Positions 1 through 9,720 of a stretch of DNA of 64,000 nt are shown piece by piece; position 1 is the stretch's first letter, and each line of letters begins with the position of its first letter. This DNA is from Dehalococcoidia bacterium. Lineage in GTDB: Bacteria > Chloroflexota > Dehalococcoidia > Lucifugimonadales > UBA3495. The position numbers and the translations under genes are program-made. The stretch spans positions 17,084 through 81,083 of the forward strand of contig OZ250155.1 in the NCBI GenBank assembly GCA_965237775.1, in the 5' to 3' direction. The notes below the pieces were generated by a model, which had not been told where the DNA came from, ran no database searches, and saw nothing but the letters and a program-made list of their open reading frames with translations.

Positions 1-1096
1 TGGTCTCCTCGGTGAGAAGCCGCTCCCGAACCTTCTCGATGACCAGGTCCTCCACCTTGGTTGCGTCCAGGTAGCGGGCGGTGCAGGCCCCGGCTCCCTC
101 GCGAAACAGGCTCGCGCAGACGTAGTAGGCGAACTGGCCGCTCTTGGCTCCCTGGGCCGAGTAGGGCATGCCGCACACCCCACAGCGGAGCAGGCCGCTT
201 AGCAGGTACTGGCTGCCCACCCGCGCGGTCCGCTGCACCGTGGGAGCCCGCTCATGGAGTCCCTGCTGCACCAGGTCGAAAGTCTCCCTGGACACCAGCG
301 CGGGCCAGGCGTTCTCCACCCTCACCGGCTCTCCCGCCTTCTCGTCCTTGCTCTTGACCCCCCAGACGGATGTTCCGGTGTACGCTTCGTTGGTCAGCAG
401 GTAGTGGACGATGTTCTTTTGCCAGCGCCGTCCCCGGTTGGTGATGCCCCTACCGTTCAGCTCCTTGCAGATTTCCTTCAGCCCGTTGCCCAGGCGGGAA
501 CTCTCGAATATCTCCTTCACGATGGGAGCGGCTACCGGGTCAACCTCGAGCGTGGGGCGGTCCTTCATTCCGTCGCTGACCTTGATGCGGTTGTAGCCGA
601 AGGGGGCCTTGGAACCCAGGAAGAAGCCCCTTGACGCCGCCTCCCGCATTCCCCGGACAATTTCTTGGGAAAAATTTCCCGAGTAAAATTCGTCCACGGA
701 CTCGATGATGGCCTCCATCAGCTTGCCGGTGGGGGAGTCGTCGGCGTGCTCGGTGATGGAGACGACGCGGATGCCCTTGCGCCTAAGCATGGACTTGAAG
801 GCCACGGCGTGCTCCCGCTTGCGGGTGAAGCGCGAGAATTTCCAGACCAGAATCACCTGGAAAGGGGCCGTCGCCTTGCCGCCCTCGTCGATCATGTTGC
901 GGAACTGGGGCCGGTCGGCGATACGGCCGCTCTCGGCCTCGTCCACGTACTCGCGGGCCACGGTGTAGCCGTTGTTCTTCGCGTAGTCTCTCAAGGCCCG
1001 CATCTGAGCGGCCACGGACAGGTCCACGTCCTGGCGGTCGCTGGAGACCCGGGCGTAGAGGGCTGCCGGGGTCAGTGGTTGAAACTGTTTCTGCAT
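1..1096 (-). CDS. Large serine recombinase (resolvase-type catalytic domain, recombinase domain and zinc ribbon); the 3' end runs off the window start
   Basis: The ORF is open to nt 1, so it is absent from the ORF track. My reverse-strand translation from the ATG at 1096-1094 reads MQKQFQPLTPAALYARVSSDRQDVDLSVAAQMRALRDYAKNNGYTV, which contains the catalytic-Ser motif YARVSSDRQ. Further on it reads GRRWQKNIVHYLLTNEAYTG and a CGVCG...YYVC zinc ribbon, with no stop down to nt 1. Confidence 0.85.
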   Translation of the reverse strand, partial: MQKQFQPLTPAALYARVSSDRQDVDLSVAAQMRALRDYAKNNGYTVAREYVDEAESGRIADRPQFRNMIDEGGKATAPFQVILVWKFSRFTRKREHAVAFKSMLRRKGIRVVSITEHADDSPTGKLMEAIIESVDEFYSGNFSQEIVRGMREAASRGFFLGSKAPFGYNRIKVSDGMKDRPTLEVDPVAAPIVKEIFESSRLGNGLKEICKELNGRGITNRGRRWQKNIVHYLLTNEAYTGTSVWGVKSKDEKAGEPVRVENAWPALVSRETFDLVQQGLHERAPTVQRTARVGSQYLLSGLLRCGVCGMPYSAQGAKSGQFAYYVCASLFREGAGACTARYLDATKVEDLVIEKVRERLLTEET

Positions 1097-1134
1097 ATGC
1101 GCTCCTTTTTTGTTTGGTCGTGGCAGCGGTTGCT

Positions 1135-1461
1135 TTACTCGTCGGCTGGGTCGGCGGTGGGGATGACCTGGAGGCTGAAGCCCTGGGCTTGCAGCACCTT
1201 GAGCACTGTGTTGAACTCAGGGCTGGCCCCGGCCCGCATGGACTTGTACAGACTTTTCTCGCCCAGGCCGGTCTCCCGGGCCACCCGCCGCATCCGGTGG
1301 GCGCGGGTCATTTCCCCCAGGGTGCCCATTATGCGGTCCAGGTCTCCCGCTTCCAGCGCGGCGTTCAGGGCAGCCGTCATCTCGTCCGACCTGGCTGGGT
1401 ACTCCGCCCGCGTCTCGGTGCTGCCCATCGCCGTTCGCTCGCCGTCGTGAGTTTGACCCAT
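1135..1461 (-). CDS. HigA-family antitoxin-like HTH protein (probable addiction-module antidote type), with no adjacent toxin
   Basis: The 108-aa ORF contains AALNAALEAGDLDRIMGTLGEMTRAHRMRRVARETGLGEKSLYKSMRAGASPEFNTVLKVLQAQGFSLQVIP. This fits my recollection of the addiction-module antidote HTH family. Confidence 0.7.
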   Translation of the reverse strand: MGQTHDGERTAMGSTETRAEYPARSDEMTAALNAALEAGDLDRIMGTLGEMTRAHRMRRVARETGLGEKSLYKSMRAGASPEFNTVLKVLQAQGFSLQVIPTADPADE

Positions 1462-1492
1462 GTCCCACTATGTTATCCCACCGGATACCTAG

Positions 1493-2944
1493 TACTACAA
1501 CGACGGGTTATTTGGTAGGATAGGTGACCAGATGGTGATGGGTGGTTTGGGTGATGGATGCGGCGAACTTCGAGCGGGTCTACGACGGCTTTCAGCAATT
1601 TCATGCCTTCTTCGCCCAGGCCTTTGGCCGCAAGCAATGGCGGGAACGCAGCCGGAACTATCTTCAGGCCCTGCTGGTGCAGTCTGGGGAGCGGCGCAAC
1701 GCTGAGAATCTTTCCGAATCGGTGGGCGTCTCGGCACGGGCGCTGCAGCGCTTTCTCACCGAGGCTCGCTGGGACGATGACGCAGTGATGGGACGCTTGC
1801 AGGAGTATCTGGCCCCCAGGCTGGCTCACCCTGAGGCGGTGTGGGTGTTCGACGGCAGCGACTTCCCCAAGCAGGGCGGGAAGTCGGCGGGAGTGGCCCG
1901 GCAGTACTGTGGGAGACTGGGCAAGGTGGCAAACTGCCAGGCCGGGATGTTTCTGGCCTACGTCAGCCCCCTGGGCCGGGCGTTGGTGGACAAACGGCTG
2001 TATCTGCCCGAGAGTTGGACTTCGGACCCGGGCCGCTGTGCGGCGGCGGGTGTGCCGAAGGAGCGGGGGAGCTACCGTTCGAAGACGGAGTTGGCCCTGG
2101 TGATGCTGGAGCGGGCCAGGGAACTGGGTCATCTCAGGGCCAAGTGGGTTGCCGGAGACGACGCCTTCGGGATGTCGCCGTCCTTCCGGGAGGGACTGGC
2201 GGCTCAGGGGATGTGGTACGTGCTGGACGTCCCCGGCGGCAGCACGGTGTGGCCTTTGGAGCCTTCGTGGACCAATCCGGAATATCAGGGGTTCGGGCGT
2301 CCCCGCAAACCCAAGCTCAGGGATGGGCAGCGCCGGACCATGGAGCAACGCAGTGATGAATTGCCGGAGGAGGCCTGGCGGGAGATAACGGTGGCGGAGG
2401 GATCCCAGGGGCCCCGCACCTACCGTTTCAGCGCCCAGCGGGTGCGGGTAACCGAGAGGCGCAAGCCCGGTGAGGTGGTCTGGGCCATCTGGCGATGTAA
2501 CCTGGACGGCAGCGAGCCTCGCTACTACCTGTCCAACGCCCCAGAAGGCACTCCCCTGGAGACCCTGGCGTACGTGGGCGGTTCCAGGTGGCGCATTGAA
2601 ACGGAGTTCGAGACTGAGAAGGGCGACGTGGGGCTGGACGAATACGAGACCCGGAGCTGGGCGGGCTGGCATCACCATATCGCAATGTGCCTGCTGGGCG
2701 GGGCATTCCTGCTGGACTTGCAGCAGGAATGGGGGGGAAAAGATGACCCGGATCACCCGATCCCAAGTGTACCGGGTGGTGCGGGAGATGCTGCCCAGGG
2801 AACAGTTCGGGCCGGATGAGTTGCTGCTATGGCTGGCGGATACGCAGTTACGCAACGAACGGGCGCGCCGCTCCCACGAGAAACGCCGCGCCGCCCGCCG
2901 TGAAGGCAGGATGGAGCCGCCACCCTAAAGTCGTCGTTGTAGTA
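1493..2944 (+). mobile_element. IS701-family insertion sequence, 1452 bp
   Basis: It has perfect 13-bp terminal inverted repeats: tactacaacgacg at 1493-1505 and cgtcgttgtagta at 2932-2944. These are flanked by a direct CTAG repeat at 1489-1492 and 2945-2948. The element encodes an IS701-like DDE transposase. Confidence 0.85.
1542..2928 (+). CDS. IS701-family DDE transposase; the reading frame changes (+1) at a G7A4 run at 2731-2741
   Basis: The 425-aa ORF 1542..2819 contains GVARQYCGRLGKVANCQ, WVAGDDAFG and SRWRIETEFETEKGDVGLDEYETRSWAGWHHH. The expected C-terminus (MTRITRSQVYRVVREMLPREQF...) continues in ORF 2470..2928 after the homopolymer. Confidence 0.8.
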
Positions 2945-3038
2945 CTAGTACGCAAGCGGGAAATGTCATTCGGCGCCGCCGGTTTCGGAGATTGCCTGCT
3001 CCCCTTCACCATCCGGCGGCAACCCGGCGCATGGGTCC

Positions 3039-3503
3039 CTACCTCAACACAAACCACCACAGGAGAACGCTGCCGACCAGCAGCACGAGCAGCACGACGG
3101 CGGTTACGCGGGCTGCGATGAACAGCTCCTTCGTCTCCTTGTGCTCAGCGACCTCCTTCTGGTACGCTCTCTCAAGCTCATGGTAAGGCCGGTTGGCGGT
3201 GGCTGCGGACTCCCTGGCCTCGTCCCGCTCCCGCTCCAACTCGGACGCTCTGAGCTTCCACTCGGATACGCTTTGCTCCAACTCCCGCACAGTTCGCTGA
3301 AGCTCGTCCTCCCTGGCGACGGCCCGGCGCAGCAGTTCCTCGTCGGGGACGTACTCCGGCCCCTGCATCCGCACGTACACCCGGCGGCCCTCCCGGCGAA
3401 CCTCGACCTCCCCCCGCCGGATCGTCCGGTCCAGGGTGGACAGGGAGATCTCCAGCTCCTCCGCCGCCTCCGCCTTGGACACCCAGCGGACTGACTCTTC
3501 CAT
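3039..3503 (-). CDS. Excisionase/MerR-type HTH DNA-binding protein with a coiled coil and a C-terminal TM anchor
   Basis: The protein has an HTH segment (WVSKAEAAEELEISLSTLDRTIRRGEVEVRREGRRVYV), a charged coiled coil, and a hydrophobic tail (ARVTAVVLLVLLVGSVLLWWFVL). I prefer the ATG at 3503 because GAGGAAAG lies just upstream; the track ORF starts at a TTG at 3545. Confidence 0.6.
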   Translation of the reverse strand: MEESVRWVSKAEAAEELEISLSTLDRTIRRGEVEVRREGRRVYVRMQGPEYVPDEELLRRAVAREDELQRTVRELEQSVSEWKLRASELERERDEARESAATANRPYHELERAYQKEVAEHKETKELFIAARVTAVVLLVLLVGSVLLWWFVLR

Positions 3504-3775
3504 CGCTCTTTCCTCGCTATAGGCTGACACGTCGGAGGGTTGCAAGTTGTCGAAACCCAGTACATTTTAATCCCAGTATTTTAGGCCCGCTATTCACTGC
3601 CGACCCTGACCGGTCAGGCGATGCTTCAACTCACTTTCGTACCTGAAACCGGCCCATGTCGGGCCTTTTTCAGCCTCCCCGGGCCACGGGATCGGGGCCT
3701 GCCGGGACAGTTTTGGACACCCAGCGGGCGTTGTGGAGAGATGGGGCTGCGTCAGTAGCTGCGTCAGTAGCTCCA

Positions 3776-5516
3776 TCACGTAACCCCCTCTATAGGACGC
3801 ATCCGGTGCCGCAGCGAGTCCCAGCCGTAGGCCGACAGCCCCCGCAGCGCCAGCCGCGGGGAGCGCGATTCCCACAGGGGACGCCAGGACCGGCCCAGCA
3901 GTCCCCGCCGGGTCAGCGCCGGCGGGGACGACACCAGGATGGGCAGCGTCATCAGGTTCATCCGGGTCGCCGTCCTCACGTATGTCTCCTCCACCTCCTC
4001 GTTGTCCACCACGAATAGCGTAACGGGAAACGGGGCCATGTCTGCTTCGGGAGCGTTGGACCAGTAGTAGCGGGTGTAGGGTCTCAGCCGGGCCAGCACT
4101 CCCCTGGGGTGGCGAGCGCGGAGCTCGTGCTCGAAGTAGAAGGGGATATGGAGTCCATCGACAACCAGCTGCCCCACGGCGTCCGGGGCGATGGCCGACT
4201 CCCCCCAGTTGAAGGCCCGGTCGGTCTTGGCCGTGGGGATGGACCACGTTAGCTCGGAGTCTGTTGCCGTCTGGGCCTCCGCCGCCAGCTCCGACAGGAA
4301 CCAGGTCACCCCGTCGGCGTGCCTGGTCTGCCGCGCCCAGGTCTCGATGCGGTGGCCCACGTGCCGCCTGCGGCCCCTGTTGTCCGCGGTTAGCTCCGTA
4401 CTCCAGATGCCCCGCGTCGTCGGCAGTTGCGCCCGGTCCCGGTGGGTGACGTAGCGGATGCCCTCCTCCGACAGGGTGTAGCGGACGTCGCCGCGCTTGC
4501 CCCGGCGCTCCAGCAGGTCCCAGGCATTCACGAGATTGTGCAGCATCTGGCTGACCCTCCCCTCGGAGACGCCCAGCCAGCGGGCCAGGTGCTCTCGGGG
4601 TATCATCGGGTGGTCGGTGACCAGGTCCAGCGTCCTCTTCTCCGACGGCGTTAGACCGAAGGCCGGCGCCGACGACACCATCTGCTCCGGGTCGGGAAGC
4701 GAGGCCCGCTTGCGCTCCGGCGGCTCGTTGAACCGTCCCCGGTTCGGGCTGCCGCGAGTGCTGATGAACTCCAGCGAGTAGGGCAGGCTGCCGAACACCC
4801 ACGAGGCATAGCGCCAGGCATTGCTGTTCCAGTCTTCCAGCGCCTCCCGGGACTCCACGGCGACGTAGGCTTCCTCCAGGTTGGCGGTCTCGCAGAACTG
4901 GGTCGTCAACCGCTGTTCCCAGACGCTGGGGGTCAGTACCAGGACCGTGCCGGGGCGGAGCCGGTACCCGTACTCCGCGATGGCCCGCAGCCGGTCGTAG
5001 AGGGACCGCCGCCGCAGGCCCGGACCCTGGCGCACCACGCCGAAGCTGCGCCCGTCGTGGCGGGTGATAGGCGTCGAACCGGCCCCGGCGGTGAAAGTCC
5101 ACCTGCGTCCGCAATCCATCGGTTCCGGGAGAAAGAGACGCTGCCAGGCGGTAGATGGTTGCCACCGCGTCCATCCGGCGGATGAGCAAGGTGAGCCACT
5201 CCCGGGACACCGGGTAGGCCCTAACGAAATCCGAGGGTGTCTCGAAGCCGAGAATACCGGCGGCCTCGCCGACGCCCTTCCTCGTCAGGTAGTACCGCCT
5301 ACTCGAAGGCAGGTGCGCCGTGCCGTGGCTGACCCGCCCCACGATGCCGTCGTCCAGCAGACCCGCCAGGCCCCGGTGCATGGCAACGTGTGCCTCCCCG
5401 GTGATCATAGCCAGTTCCGCCGTCTCTACCAAGGGCATCCGGCTCAGGTCGTGCAGCAGTTCCTGGTCGGAGACGCTAATGTATCGAGCGTAGCAGACCG
5501 AAGTCCCGACGGTCAT
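3776..5516 (-). pseudogene. Replication-relaxation (Replic_Relax)-like protein with two wHTH regions, interrupted by a 1-nt frame change near 5064-5072
   Basis: The N-terminal wHTH part (from the ATG at 5516) lies in the frame of ORF 3594..5597. The rest lies in ORF 3776..5119 and contains APDAVGQLVVDGLHIPFYFEHELRARHPRGVLARLRPY. Joining the frames at GRFDA|ITRHDGRSFGVV gives a continuous protein that is paralogous to 27814..30303. Confidence 0.6.
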
Positions 5517-5626
5517 CAGGCAAGTGTCAGTGACGGTGCGTGAGATTGGCGATTCTGTTGGTCCGAGCATTGCCGGGCGGTGTAGAATGAGAATCACCGA
5601 AGTAGGCCAGCACGGGGGTCATCACG

Positions 5627-5899
5627 ATGAATGCGCCAACCCGCCCGACAGCGGAGATCGCCCGCCTGGGCAAGGAGATATACGAGCGAGACATTCGCGG
5701 GCAGGTCGAAGATGCCCACCACGGTGAGGTCGTCGCCATTGACGTGGATACCGGCAATTGGGCGGTTGGGGACAATGTGATTGACGCGACGGAACGCTTG
5801 CGGGTGAAGCTCCCGGGCGCGGTCAACGTCTTGAGCGAAAGGGTGGGATATCCTGCGCTGCGGCACTTCGGTGGGCGCCCCCTGGGGAGAGACCGGTGA
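5627..5899 (+). CDS. Small conserved-looking protein, upstream partner of the retropepsin-like protease
   Basis: This 90-aa ORF overlaps the next gene by 4 nt (GTGA). Its content (GKEIYERDIRGQVEDAHHGEVVAIDVDTGNWAVGDN) resembles small partner proteins I recall next to such proteases. Confidence 0.5.
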   Translation: MNAPTRPTAEIARLGKEIYERDIRGQVEDAHHGEVVAIDVDTGNWAVGDNVIDATERLRVKLPGAVNVLSERVGYPALRHFGGRPLGRDR

Positions 5900-6267
5900 T
5901 CGAGGGCGTGGTGAACGCCGCATACGAGCCGGTGATAGCCCTCGCCGTGCAAGGCCAATCGGGGCAGTCTCGGGATATTGAGGCCGTCGTCGATACAGGC
6001 TTCAACGGGTTTCTCACCCTGCCGACCACATTGGTGTCAGAACTGGGACTTCCCTTCGTCAGCATCGGCCGGGCGACTCTCGCCGACGGTAGTGAGATAG
6101 CCTACGATGTTTACGGCGCAACCGTGCTGTGGGACGGCCAGGCCTTATACGTCGAAGCCGACGCCGCTAACAGCACTCCGCTGGTGGGCATGATGCTCCT
6201 GGACGGACAGGACCTGAACATCCAGGTCCGGGACGGCGGGCGCGTCGTCATCCAGGCCGGAGAGTAG
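5896..6267 (+). CDS. Clan AA (retropepsin-like) aspartic protease, small single-domain type
   Basis: The 123-aa ORF has the catalytic signature AVVDTGFNGFLTLP and ends in LVGMMLLDGQDLNIQVRDGGRVVI, as expected for this type. Confidence 0.75.
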   Translation: MIEGVVNAAYEPVIALAVQGQSGQSRDIEAVVDTGFNGFLTLPTTLVSELGLPFVSIGRATLADGSEIAYDVYGATVLWDGQALYVEADAANSTPLVGMMLLDGQDLNIQVRDGGRVVIQAGE

Positions 6268-6330
6268 CCGGGGCATCTTCTGCCAGAACACGCCGGGACA
6301 GGTTCCAGCAGTCTGTAAGTCTGTCTCGCA

Positions 6331-6530
6331 TTGAAATCGAAGCACTGCCGGACGGGCGCTTGCAGGGGTAAAGCCCTGCGTTGGACCTGTGCCTGCGGTA
6401 GGAGTCGGGCGAGCTGGTGTTCTATGCTTCGGCCACAGGGCGGCGCATCGCCTCCCTGGAAGATGAACGGGAGGCCCGCGCAGCCGCCGAAGCCCGTGTC
6501 CGCGAGTTGGAAGAGCAACTCTGCCGGTAA
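6331..6530 (+). pseudogene. 3' relic of a Uma2/DUF820-type endonuclease gene
   Basis: A single frame reads ...G*SPALDLCLR*ESGELVFYASATGRRIASLEDEREARAAAEARVRELEEQLCR*. This matches my recollection of the C-terminal pattern of Uma2 proteins, but it has two in-frame stops and no upstream body. Confidence 0.3.
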
Positions 6531-7012
6531 GGCCCGTGAAGTTGCGCAAGTTGGCTCATAGGGGAAAGTAGGGCCCTTGGCGTATCTCGGACGCTTAGGC
6601 TGGAACCAGACGGAGCAGCCTGTAGCAAAGGCTTGGTCAGGGTAGTGATGACAATCCCCCCGCAAACTCTAAGCGCCAGAAAACGCCTTTACCCAGAAAA
6701 ATATGGCACCTTCTTTCCCCGTAGCGATGCGAGGATTGTGACAGATTTCTACTAAACCAATACCAAGGTGGGATGTGCATTTCGGGATCTTGAAGACGAC
6801 CGAAAGGACTCCACGGCTCCCCATATCACGTTCGGCCCCAACTGGGTCGCCACCGACAGTGTGGTCTAGCAATATGTACATTTCACCTTGGCTTTAGTTT
6901 AGGGTCTGCTTTTTATTCCTACCAAGAAACTCCAGTAGCGCAGCAATCGGCAGCAAGTCCGTTGCTTAAGGGGATCTTATCCCTAAAGTCGGTTAGGTGG
7001 ACAGTGCGAAGG

Positions 7013-8644
7013 CTATTCCAGGCTCAGGAAGCGACGCTCGCCTTCGAAACTGTAAAACGGTTCGTGAATCAGGACGAAATTACCGTCACTTGCTTCGATC
7101 TGAAAACAGACATTGCCTTCGGTCTGTCCCCCGGGAAATAGCTCGGCGTCCAGTTCGCCCGGTATGACTCCGCAGGAATGATCGAATGGCGTGTAAACGA
7201 CCCGCTTGCCTCCAATCAGGCTGTAGTCGGATTCTGCCACGTTCAAGGAATCGGCACCGGAGGCGTAGGAAACTGCGACCGTCACCATGTAGAAGCGGTT
7301 TCCGGGTTCCGGCGGCTCGTTGAACTGATTGGCTTCCATCACCAAGTCGGCGGCGTCCTCCAAGATGCGGGTAACGACGATTTCCGTGCCGTCCGAACCC
7401 TGCAAAACATCGCCCGCCGCTACCGGATTGTCCAGCGTCATCCCTGGCGGCAAAGCTAGATTTTCCGGGGAAGGAGTTGTGAGTGGCACCGGAGAGAAAT
7501 TTGCCTCAGAGCCAATGCTCTGAGGGTTAATGCTCAGGAAGCGGCGCTCGCTTTCGAAACTGTAAAACGATTCGTGAATCAGGACGAAATTACCATCACT
7601 TGCTTCGATCTGGAAACAGACATTGCCTTCGGTCTTTCCCCCGGGAAATAGCTCGGCGTTCAGTTCGCCCGGTATGACTCCGCAGGAATGATCGAATGGC
7701 GTGTAAATGACTCTCTTGCTTCCGATCAGGCTGAAGTCGGATTCTGCCACGTTCAAGGAATCGGCACCGGACGCATAGGAAACTGCGACCGTCACCATGT
7801 AGAAGCGGTTTCCGGGTTCCGGCGGGTCGTTGAACTGATTGGCTTCCATCACCAAGTCGGCGGCGTCCTCCAAGATGCGGGTAACGACGATTTCCGTGCC
7901 GTCCGAACCCTGCAAGACATCGCCCGCTGCTACCGGATTGTCCAGTGTCATCCCTGGCGGAATAGAAGTTGGCGTTGGTGCTGGAGCCGGTGGGACGGTA
8001 GGCGGTGGAGTTTGCGTAGCAACCGTCGGGGTCATGGTTGCGGGTATTCCAATCGAAGCGGGAGTAGCAGTAGGCGCAAGCGTTGAAGTCCGCAAAGCGG
8101 TAGCCATTGCAGTTGCCACCGCCGGTATTGATGCCTCGGCTGTCTCTGTCGGTTTGGCGACCTGCCCTTCTGCAGAGATCTGCGGTGCCCCGCGGGACAA
8201 CGCTATGCTGCAGTCTTTAACAACGATGTCAAGAATACCGTCGTCTGTGACCTGCCCCAGCACGCTTACGGTTTGCCCCTGTTGCAGGGATAAAACAGCA
8301 GATTCGTCAGTCTTGTCTACCTTGCAGACAACGTCAACCGTGAAATTACCCGTTTCCAGTTTGACATCATACTTGTTCCCTGCCTCGGTGACTGATCTAA
8401 TAATACCTGCAATCAAGGCAATTCTGTCGTTGTATTTGTTAGTCCACGCGACCTCGTTTAGTTCTTTTTCATTTTGTAGCACCTCAGCTGACACGGAGAA
8501 GGGAGTCGGGCCTGGTATTGGAGTTGGAGAGGCGACCGGACCGCCGTTAGGGACGCCATTGGCAGGTGGAGGCTCGCTGCCGCAGGCAACGAAAGTCAAA
8601 GACACGAGGATAAGGAAGGCGAAGCCAGTACACATCCTGGACAT
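7013..8644 (-). CDS. Secreted lipoprotein: OB-fold (tRNA_anti-like) domain, Pro/Thr-rich linker, and two tandem DUF4352-like domains
   Basis: The signal peptide and lipobox read MSRMCTGFAFLILVSLTFVAC|GS, starting from the ATG at 8644, which is preceded by AAGGGGG. The OB-like segment reads KYNDRIALIAGIIRSV...VVCKVD...LQQGQTVSVLGQV. Two nearly identical copies of about 170 aa follow (PPGMTLDNPVAAGDVLQGSDGTEIVVTRILED...PGNRFYMVTVAVSY...GNVCFQIEASDGNFVLIHE). Confidence 0.8.
   Translation of the reverse strand: MSRMCTGFAFLILVSLTFVACGSEPPPANGVPNGGPVASPTPIPGPTPFSVSAEVLQNEKELNEVAWTNKYNDRIALIAGIIRSVTEAGNKYDVKLETGNFTVDVVCKVDKTDESAVLSLQQGQTVSVLGQVTDDGILDIVVKDCSIALSRGAPQISAEGQVAKPTETAEASIPAVATAMATALRTSTLAPTATPASIGIPATMTPTVATQTPPPTVPPAPAPTPTSIPPGMTLDNPVAAGDVLQGSDGTEIVVTRILEDAADLVMEANQFNDPPEPGNRFYMVTVAVSYASGADSLNVAESDFSLIGSKRVIYTPFDHSCGVIPGELNAELFPGGKTEGNVCFQIEASDGNFVLIHESFYSFESERRFLSINPQSIGSEANFSPVPLTTPSPENLALPPGMTLDNPVAAGDVLQGSDGTEIVVTRILEDAADLVMEANQFNEPPEPGNRFYMVTVAVSYASGADSLNVAESDYSLIGGKRVVYTPFDHSCGVIPGELDAELFPGGQTEGNVCFQIEASDGNFVLIHEPFYSFEGERRFLSLE
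7022..7959. repeat. Tandem duplication inside the lipoprotein gene: two units of about 430 bp with a 510-bp period
   Basis: Segment 7022-7449 closely matches 7532-7959, with only scattered substitutions by eye. The antisense ORFs 7178..7459 and 7688..8086 give near-identical translations. Confidence 0.85.
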
Positions 8645-9071
8645 AGGGAACCCCCTTGCCGGCGTTGGGACAGGGACCACCGCCACAGCGATCCTGCCCT
8701 TGCATGAACCTTCAAAGGGGCAAAGATGCCCCTGGCCAAGAGCTCGGCCTGGTCCATGCTCTGAGAAAGGGGTCCAAGATCGCTGTAGCGGGCGGAATTA
8801 TACTAGCAATGAGCCAAGGAGGCCCGCACTTAATGCATCAGCATAGACCCCAATCCACCGAATAACTGAGTGTGGCAGTGGGTTGGAGAGGCGAACTGGA
8901 CCAAGTTAATTTCTAGAGAATTCGTGCAGAGTCTAGTGATAGTCCCGTAGCTTCTGCATATGGGCCCAACATCGGTCCCCACGAACGCTTCCTAATCGTT
9001 GGACTCCCACCGGATCATTAATCTAGCTGGGTCAACCTCGGGCAAATGCAAGTCTACGCCGGCGTATCTGG

Positions 9072-9720
9072 CTACTCGGCGTCTCGGTGCTGAAGCCAGG
9101 GATAGCGTTGGTCGATGTATTGCCACCAAGTGGCAAGCTCCGGATGGGTGTCAATGGGGAAATTACCAAATAAGGCTTCAGTGGACGTACTGATAAATCG
9201 GTCAGGTAGTCTCACCAGACTTTTCCAGACCTCGATACTGGAGTCCCCCAGTTGCTGCAACCCTGGCGAAGTAACCCGATGGAAGTCGCGATTCTTGGCA
9301 GGGGCCACGTGTAACACTTTTACAAGATCAGTTTCAGATTCGCGCGCCGCCTCCATTTCTTGGGCGAGCAATTGTTGTCTCAGAAACTGGTAGAAGGGCT
9401 CATAGAACAAGTCACCGAAGTCTGTAATGTAGTTCTTGTCCAAAAGGCAGCCTGGGCTATGGTACAAGTCCCGGTAGATGTCCATCCTATTGGTTCCGCT
9501 CGGGGCAATTCCCTTCCAAGAGGGACTATATGACTCAGTGTATTTCCACTCAATCAATATTATCTGGCGGGTTCCGTCCACCAGACGGAACATAACAGCG
9601 GCGTCGGCACTCGTGAAATTGGCTCCCCTCGTGCGGCGTCCGCTCCGAGAAACCTTCTCTCCGAGATAGTTTTCGAGGCCAATCCATTCGAACGATACGA
9701 GTTGGCCTTCAACTTCCATC
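9072..9720 (-). pseudogene. 3' part of a PD-(D/E)xK nuclease-like gene split by IS66
   Basis: The part contains SADAAVMFRLVDGTRQIILIEWKYTE, which has a D...ExK motif. It joins in frame to 11153..11513 once the IS and one copy of the 8-bp duplication are removed (EPME|VEGQLVSFEW). Confidence 0.7.

Noticed and set aside
1473-2855. A 460-aa ORF antisense to the IS701 transposase. Similar long antisense or alternative-frame ORFs occur at 665..1450, 18422..19489, 21276..22202, 23920..24846, 43457..44335, 48010..48996 and 60572..61498.
   Set aside because: These ORFs are Arg/Pro/Gly/Leu-rich translations typical of the wrong frame in GC-rich DNA. Each fully overlaps an ORF with clear family motifs on the other strand.
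2949-3038. A RelE/ParE-type toxin gene upstream of the HigA-like antitoxin after mentally excising the IS701 element.
   Set aside because: Only about 120 nt of non-IS DNA lie between the antitoxin start and the stop of the next gene. The only ORF there (2848..3060) depends on IS sequence and has no toxin-like motifs.
3594-5597. A 667-aa ORF taken as a single gene.
   Set aside because: Only its first 175 codons or so look protein-like (wHTH). The rest is an Arg/Pro/Gly-rich overprint of ORF 3776..5119, which carries the recognisable Replic_Relax-like core. I interpret this as one gene with a frame break.
6669-6881. A 70-aa minus-strand ORF in an AT-richer stretch. I also looked at 16463..16798, 16702..16932 and 16983..17186.
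   Set aside because: These have no motifs, no convincing ribosome-binding sites and no partners. They may be gene fragments, but I cannot support a call.
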